Source: Candidatus Poribacteria bacterium (GTDB lineage Bacteria > Poribacteria > WGA-4E > WGA-3G). From it: a stretch of 64,000 nucleotides of DNA. The stretch lies in contig OZ242029.1 of assembly GCA_965205015.1 (NCBI GenBank), positions 2,624,001 through 2,688,000 on the forward strand, in the 5' to 3' direction. The translations under genes were made by a program, and so were the position numbers. Positions 59,639 to 64,000 of this stretch are shown one piece after another. Position 1 is the stretch's first letter, and each line of letters opens with the position of its first letter. The notes below the pieces were generated by a model. The model worked only from the letters and a program-made list of their open reading frames with translations, was not told the DNA's origin and did no database searches.

Positions 59639-60562
59639 ATGGAAAATACGGATAAAAACAACTCGAAATCTCGAAAGGGTGGGACTCAAACCAGCGCGTT
59701 CGGAACTCCCGGCAGAATCAATCACGATGCCAGTGCGTTTTATGGGAGCAAGCTCTACGCCGATCAGGAATTCGCCGAACCCGATATATGGGCGGAAAAC
59801 CCGATACCTGCCGAAAACCTTGATCGACTCTATTGTGCATCCAGCACAGACATGTCCGCGATTCCCGATGATAGTGTTCATCTGATGGTTACATCGCCGC
59901 CGTATAATGCGAAAAAGGAGTATGACGAGGATTTGTCGCTCGCGGAGTACAGAGAACTCCTCTACACTGTTTTCGCTGAGACCTATAAAAAGTTGGTTAC
60001 CGGTGGCAGGGCATGTATCAATATCGCTAATTTAGGACGGAAGCCCTATATCCCGTTGCATAGCTACATTATAGAGGACATGTTAGCGCTCGGTTACTAT
60101 ATGCGGGGTGAGATTATTTGGGACAAGGCTTCGAGTGCGGGTTCCTCAACGGCGTGGGGAAGTTGGCTATCGGCGGCGAATCCTGTGCTGAGAGACGTTC
60201 ATGAATATATCCTCGTTTTCTCAAAGGGGTCATTTTCTCGGAAACGCAACGGGAAAGAGAATTCGATTCGCAAGGAGGATTTCTTAGAGTGGACAAAAAG
60301 TATCTGGACGTTTCCGTCCGTCTCGGCGAAACGTATCGGGCATCCGGCTCCGTTTCCTGAGGAGTTACCACATCGGTTAATTCAACTCTATACCTTCGTA
60401 GGTGAGGTCGTCCTGGACCCATTCTGTGGAAGCGGCACCGCGTGCCTGAGTGCTTTGAAATCGGGGAGGCACTATATTGGATACGACATTGAGAAAAAAT
60501 ATGTTGAACTGGCAGAGGAGCGAATCAGACAATATACGAATCAAGGACGTTTGCCAATATAA
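59639..60562 (+). CDS. Orphan site-specific DNA methyltransferase (N4-C/N6-A, beta class)
   Basis: VTSPPY precedes HPAPFP and VLDPFCGSGT. Confidence 0.9.
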   Translation: MENTDKNNSKSRKGGTQTSAFGTPGRINHDASAFYGSKLYADQEFAEPDIWAENPIPAENLDRLYCASSTDMSAIPDDSVHLMVTSPPYNAKKEYDEDLSLAEYRELLYTVFAETYKKLVTGGRACINIANLGRKPYIPLHSYIIEDMLALGYYMRGEIIWDKASSAGSSTAWGSWLSAANPVLRDVHEYILVFSKGSFSRKRNGKENSIRKEDFLEWTKSIWTFPSVSAKRIGHPAPFPEELPHRLIQLYTFVGEVVLDPFCGSGTACLSALKSGRHYIGYDIEKKYVELAEERIRQYTNQGRLPI

Positions 60563-60568
60563 GTAGAC

Positions 60569-62914
60569 TTAACTCGAAACTGATAGTGCGTACGTTTTCC
60601 CTGCCTCTGTTGCAAACGTGACAACCGACTCCGCTTGTTCCGTTTCAACTGGTACGCCATCACCTGTCACCGAAACGGTTGCGGCTGTTCGGACAGTGCA
60701 GTCTTCTCCCAATGTGGAATGGAATCGTGCCTCGGAGAGTTGTCCATTCTCCCATGCCATTGCCACCTCAAATCCGCCGCGGGCGCGCAATCCACTGACA
60801 CTTCCTGTGCTCCATGCCTTTGGAAGCGCGGGCAACAGGTGAATCTCACCGGCGTGACTCTGAAGCAACATCTCAGCAATGCCGGCGGTTCCTCCGAAAT
60901 TTCCATCAATCTGAAACGGTGGATGTGTATCAAATAAGTTGGTTAAGGTGCATTTCGCCAAAAGTGCCTGAAGATGTGCGTATGCCTCCTCGGCGTCCTC
61001 AAGCCGCGCCCAGAAGTTGACGAGCCATGCGCGGCTCCAACCCGTGTGCCCACCCCCGTGCGCCAAGCGATATTCCAACGATTTTTTTGCTGCGGCTGCT
61101 AACTCGGGTGTCCCGCGTAGTGTAATCTGACAACTTGGATGGAGCGCATACATGTGAGACATGTGCCGGTGTCCGGGTTCCGGTTCGTCATAGTCAAAGA
61201 CCCATTCTTGCAACCGTCCTGTTTTCTCGCTAATCTGGAGCGGTGCGAGTCGTTCCAGAGCAGCGACCAATTCAGTCCGGAATTCGGCATCCTCCCCGAG
61301 CACATCAATGCAGGCGATACAGTTGGTAAAGAGTTCATGAATGATTTCCAGGTCCATCGTTGCAGCGTAGGTAAAAAGCGAGCGTGTGCCATCAGACTTT
61401 AGGAAGCTATTTTCGGGTGAATGTGACGGGTTCGTGACGAGTTTACCAGCAAGAGGTGTGCCTTCGGGTGCCTCAACGAGAAAATCGAGTATAAAACGGG
61501 CGGCACCTTTCATGAGTGGGTAGCCCTGCCCTATGAGAAAATCTTTATCGCCATGGAAAAGATAGTGTTCCCATACATGTTCACAGAGCCACGCTGCTCC
61601 TACGGGCCAGATACCCCAGATGCCATCAGCAGGCGTTGTGAAACCCCATACGTCAGAAAGATGATGGACAACCCAGCCATTGGCACCGTAATGGCATTTT
61701 GCCGTGCGACTTCCCGGTTCAACAAGTGTCTCCATATAATCGAATAAGGGGATATGGCACTCCGCAAGGTTGCAGATTTCAGGAACCCAATAGTTCATCT
61801 GGAGATTGATATTGGTATGAAAATCGCTATTCCAAGGGGCATTCATGTGCTCGTTCCAGATGCCTTGTAAATTCGCCGGTAAGCATCCGGGTCTCGAACT
61901 TCCCATCATCAAGTAGCGTCCATACTGGAAATAGAGGACAACCAGTCCCGGGTCCGATGTGCCAATCTTTACAGCTTCCAAACGTTCGTCGGTTGGTAGA
62001 TTCGCAGTGTCGGTTCTACCGAGATCCAGGTGTACGCGTTGGAAGAGTTCCTGATGGTCGGCAATGTGATCTGCTCGAACTGTCTTATAGGATTTTGCAT
62101 CAATATCAGTGAGATGTCTCTCGCAAAGCGCGTGTGGATTTCCGCTCACATCCTTCTGATTAATGTAACTTGTCGCTGCGGCGAGCAGAAGCGTCACGGC
62201 ATTTGCGTCACGCACAACGAGTTGGTCATTCTCCGACTGGATCTGCCCACCCTCGATTTGTGCCTGTAGGTATACTGAAAAGCGCATGCCATCCTTGCCA
62301 CATTGTCCGTCCAATCTAAGGATATTAGCGGCAATTGCTTCAACAGTGGCATCTTGTTCCCGGGTTATTGAGACATCGAAAGCGAGTTGCCCTACCGTGT
62401 CAGATTCAATTCTGAGGGCAATAAGATTGTCGACGGCTGTTGCAAAGACCTCTCTACTAAAATTGACATCTCTGCAGCGATAGGTTGTTTTTGCAATACC
62501 TGTGTCCAAATTTAACTCTCGGCGGTACTCAGTAGGATCATCATCATGGGAAAATTCCAGAAAGAGATCGCCCAAGGATTGATAGGACTTGATACGCTCA
62601 GGAACGCCAAGCATTGTCTCACCAGCGAGTTGAGTGGCTTCTTCGTTTTTGTCGTCAAAAAGCAATTGCTGCACTTTTGAGAGTGCTTCCAAAGCCTTTG
62701 GATTGTTCGTGTCGCGAGGACCGCCGTCCCACAGACTTTCTTCGTTGAGTTGAATATGGTCCCGTTCCACACCCCCGAACACCATAGCACCGAGCCGTCC
62801 GTTTCCAATGGGGAGTGCGTCTGTCCATGCCTCGGCTGGTTTCTGATACCATAAAACAAGATTATTTGTGTCTATGTTTGTTATTGGCTTTTTTAGCAAT
62901 TGGCTCTTAGGCAT
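60569..62914 (-). CDS. Glycoside hydrolase family 95 alpha-L-fucosidase
   Basis: [41 protein letters not shown] and FQIDGNFG motifs. Confidence 0.93.
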   Translation of the reverse strand: MPKSQLLKKPITNIDTNNLVLWYQKPAEAWTDALPIGNGRLGAMVFGGVERDHIQLNEESLWDGGPRDTNNPKALEALSKVQQLLFDDKNEEATQLAGETMLGVPERIKSYQSLGDLFLEFSHDDDPTEYRRELNLDTGIAKTTYRCRDVNFSREVFATAVDNLIALRIESDTVGQLAFDVSITREQDATVEAIAANILRLDGQCGKDGMRFSVYLQAQIEGGQIQSENDQLVVRDANAVTLLLAAATSYINQKDVSGNPHALCERHLTDIDAKSYKTVRADHIADHQELFQRVHLDLGRTDTANLPTDERLEAVKIGTSDPGLVVLYFQYGRYLMMGSSRPGCLPANLQGIWNEHMNAPWNSDFHTNINLQMNYWVPEICNLAECHIPLFDYMETLVEPGSRTAKCHYGANGWVVHHLSDVWGFTTPADGIWGIWPVGAAWLCEHVWEHYLFHGDKDFLIGQGYPLMKGAARFILDFLVEAPEGTPLAGKLVTNPSHSPENSFLKSDGTRSLFTYAATMDLEIIHELFTNCIACIDVLGEDAEFRTELVAALERLAPLQISEKTGRLQEWVFDYDEPEPGHRHMSHMYALHPSCQITLRGTPELAAAAKKSLEYRLAHGGGHTGWSRAWLVNFWARLEDAEEAYAHLQALLAKCTLTNLFDTHPPFQIDGNFGGTAGIAEMLLQSHAGEIHLLPALPKAWSTGSVSGLRARGGFEVAMAWENGQLSEARFHSTLGEDCTVRTAATVSVTGDGVPVETEQAESVVTFATEAGKTYALSVSS

Positions 62915-62977
62915 CGTTCTCCTTCGTTTCACGATGGTTTTTGGTGAATCGCGACGCGACTGAAAACCTGTGCGATT

Positions 62978-63994
62978 TTAATATCGTTTTTTCTCTTGAT
63001 GCAAAGATGATTCCCACAACCATCCGCGTTGTTCTCGGTGGCGGCATAATACCTTCACTGCTTCATGTGCTTTCTTCTCTGCTGCGATGTGTAAAGGCGT
63101 ATGACCTTTATCATCTTCAGCGTTAGCATCCGCACCACTTTCCAACAGAACCAACGCCGTTTCGTAGGCATTGTGCTGTGCGGCAACGTGCAAGGGTGTA
63201 TCGCCATTTTCGTCCGTTGCGTTGATATCCGCGCCATTCTTTACCAACACCGTTGCTACTTCAGACGTATCGTCTTCCGCCGCGATGTGTAATGGGGTAC
63301 AGCCATTTTTATCTTTTGCGTTGATATCCGCGCCATTCTCCAGTAATACGACGGCTGTTTTATAGGCGTTACGCCACGCTGCCCAGTGCAGGAGTGTATA
63401 ACCAGATTTGTTTCTCGGATTGACTCCTGTCTGGTCTTCCAGCGAGATTCCTTCTGCTTCATAAACATTGCGCCACGCTGCCCAGTGTAAAGGTGTGTCG
63501 CCCTCTTCACTCCTTGCGTTGACATCTGCGCCATTTTCCAACAGTATCGTTGCTGTTTCATGCCCATTATTCCATGCTGCCCAATGTAAGGGCGTAAAAT
63601 CCTTATCGTTCTTTGCGTTGACATCTGCGCCATTTTCCAGCAATACCGCTGCTGCCTCATAAGCATTGTGCCATGCCGCCCAGTGCAGGGGCGGGTAACC
63701 GTATGTATCTCTTGCGTTGACATCTGCGCCATTTTCCAGCAATACCGCTGCTGCCTCATAAGCATTGTCGCGTGCCGCGTCATGCAGGGAGGTATAACCA
63801 GGTTCCTCCGCCGGGGTAGCTGGACGCGCGATGTACTTAGATGTTGATGAATTTACCATCTTTCCTGTATCTATTTCTGAGGTAACTTCCATGACATCAT
63901 TTAAGATTCGTTTGTGAACCAAAACAGGAACCTCCTTTTCTATTTGGATTTCTAACTGTGGGCTGATGACTCTTATGCAGTTATGCGTTGCCAA
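62978..63994 (-). CDS. Ankyrin-repeat protein (about 8 repeats); start may lie outside the window
   Basis: TPLHWAA...LLENGADVNA repeats with a 99-bp DNA period. Confidence 0.92.
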   Translation of the reverse strand: MATHNCIRVISPQLEIQIEKEVPVLVHKRILNDVMEVTSEIDTGKMVNSSTSKYIARPATPAEEPGYTSLHDAARDNAYEAAAVLLENGADVNARDTYGYPPLHWAAWHNAYEAAAVLLENGADVNAKNDKDFTPLHWAAWNNGHETATILLENGADVNARSEEGDTPLHWAAWRNVYEAEGISLEDQTGVNPRNKSGYTLLHWAAWRNAYKTAVVLLENGADINAKDKNGCTPLHIAAEDDTSEVATVLVKNGADINATDENGDTPLHVAAQHNAYETALVLLESGADANAEDDKGHTPLHIAAEKKAHEAVKVLCRHREQRGWLWESSLHQEKKRY

Positions 63995-64000
63995 GGGACA

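Overview
A gene-dense bacterial chromosome segment of roughly 50% GC with about 55 CDS and three tRNA genes (Leu-TAA, fMet-CAT and a second CAT tRNA next to tilS). I found no rRNA, CRISPR array or prophage. The content suggests a Candidatus Poribacteria-like sponge symbiont, which is inference rather than proof: many Gfo/Idh/MocA, enolase-superfamily, PhyH, AKR and Zn-ADH enzymes, a GH95 fucosidase, TPR and ankyrin proteins, and secreted proteins ending in VEPAGKL.T.W..[LI]K. Housekeeping genes include rbsK, hpt, tilS, proA, proB, obgE, nfo and rfbB. At 44.0-46.6 kb an internally deleted ISAs1 remnant is followed by an Rpn-like gene split by a tnpB-only IS200/IS605 element whose tnpB is frameshifted. 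The best candidates for something new are: (i) a shared C-terminal putative sorting motif on two paralogous secreted GSDD-domain proteins; (ii) a PorV/FadL-like beta-barrel fused to a lytic transglycosylase through a heptamer-repeat linker, coupled to a LysM-M23 peptidase; (iii) the tnpB element with its structured leader and a possibly self-targeting guide; (iv) a TsdA/SoxA-like diheme cytochrome; (v) an ABC exporter plus DUF1854 pair; and (vi) two microproteins missed by the ORF track. All family calls come from motif recognition by eye; no database searches were run.
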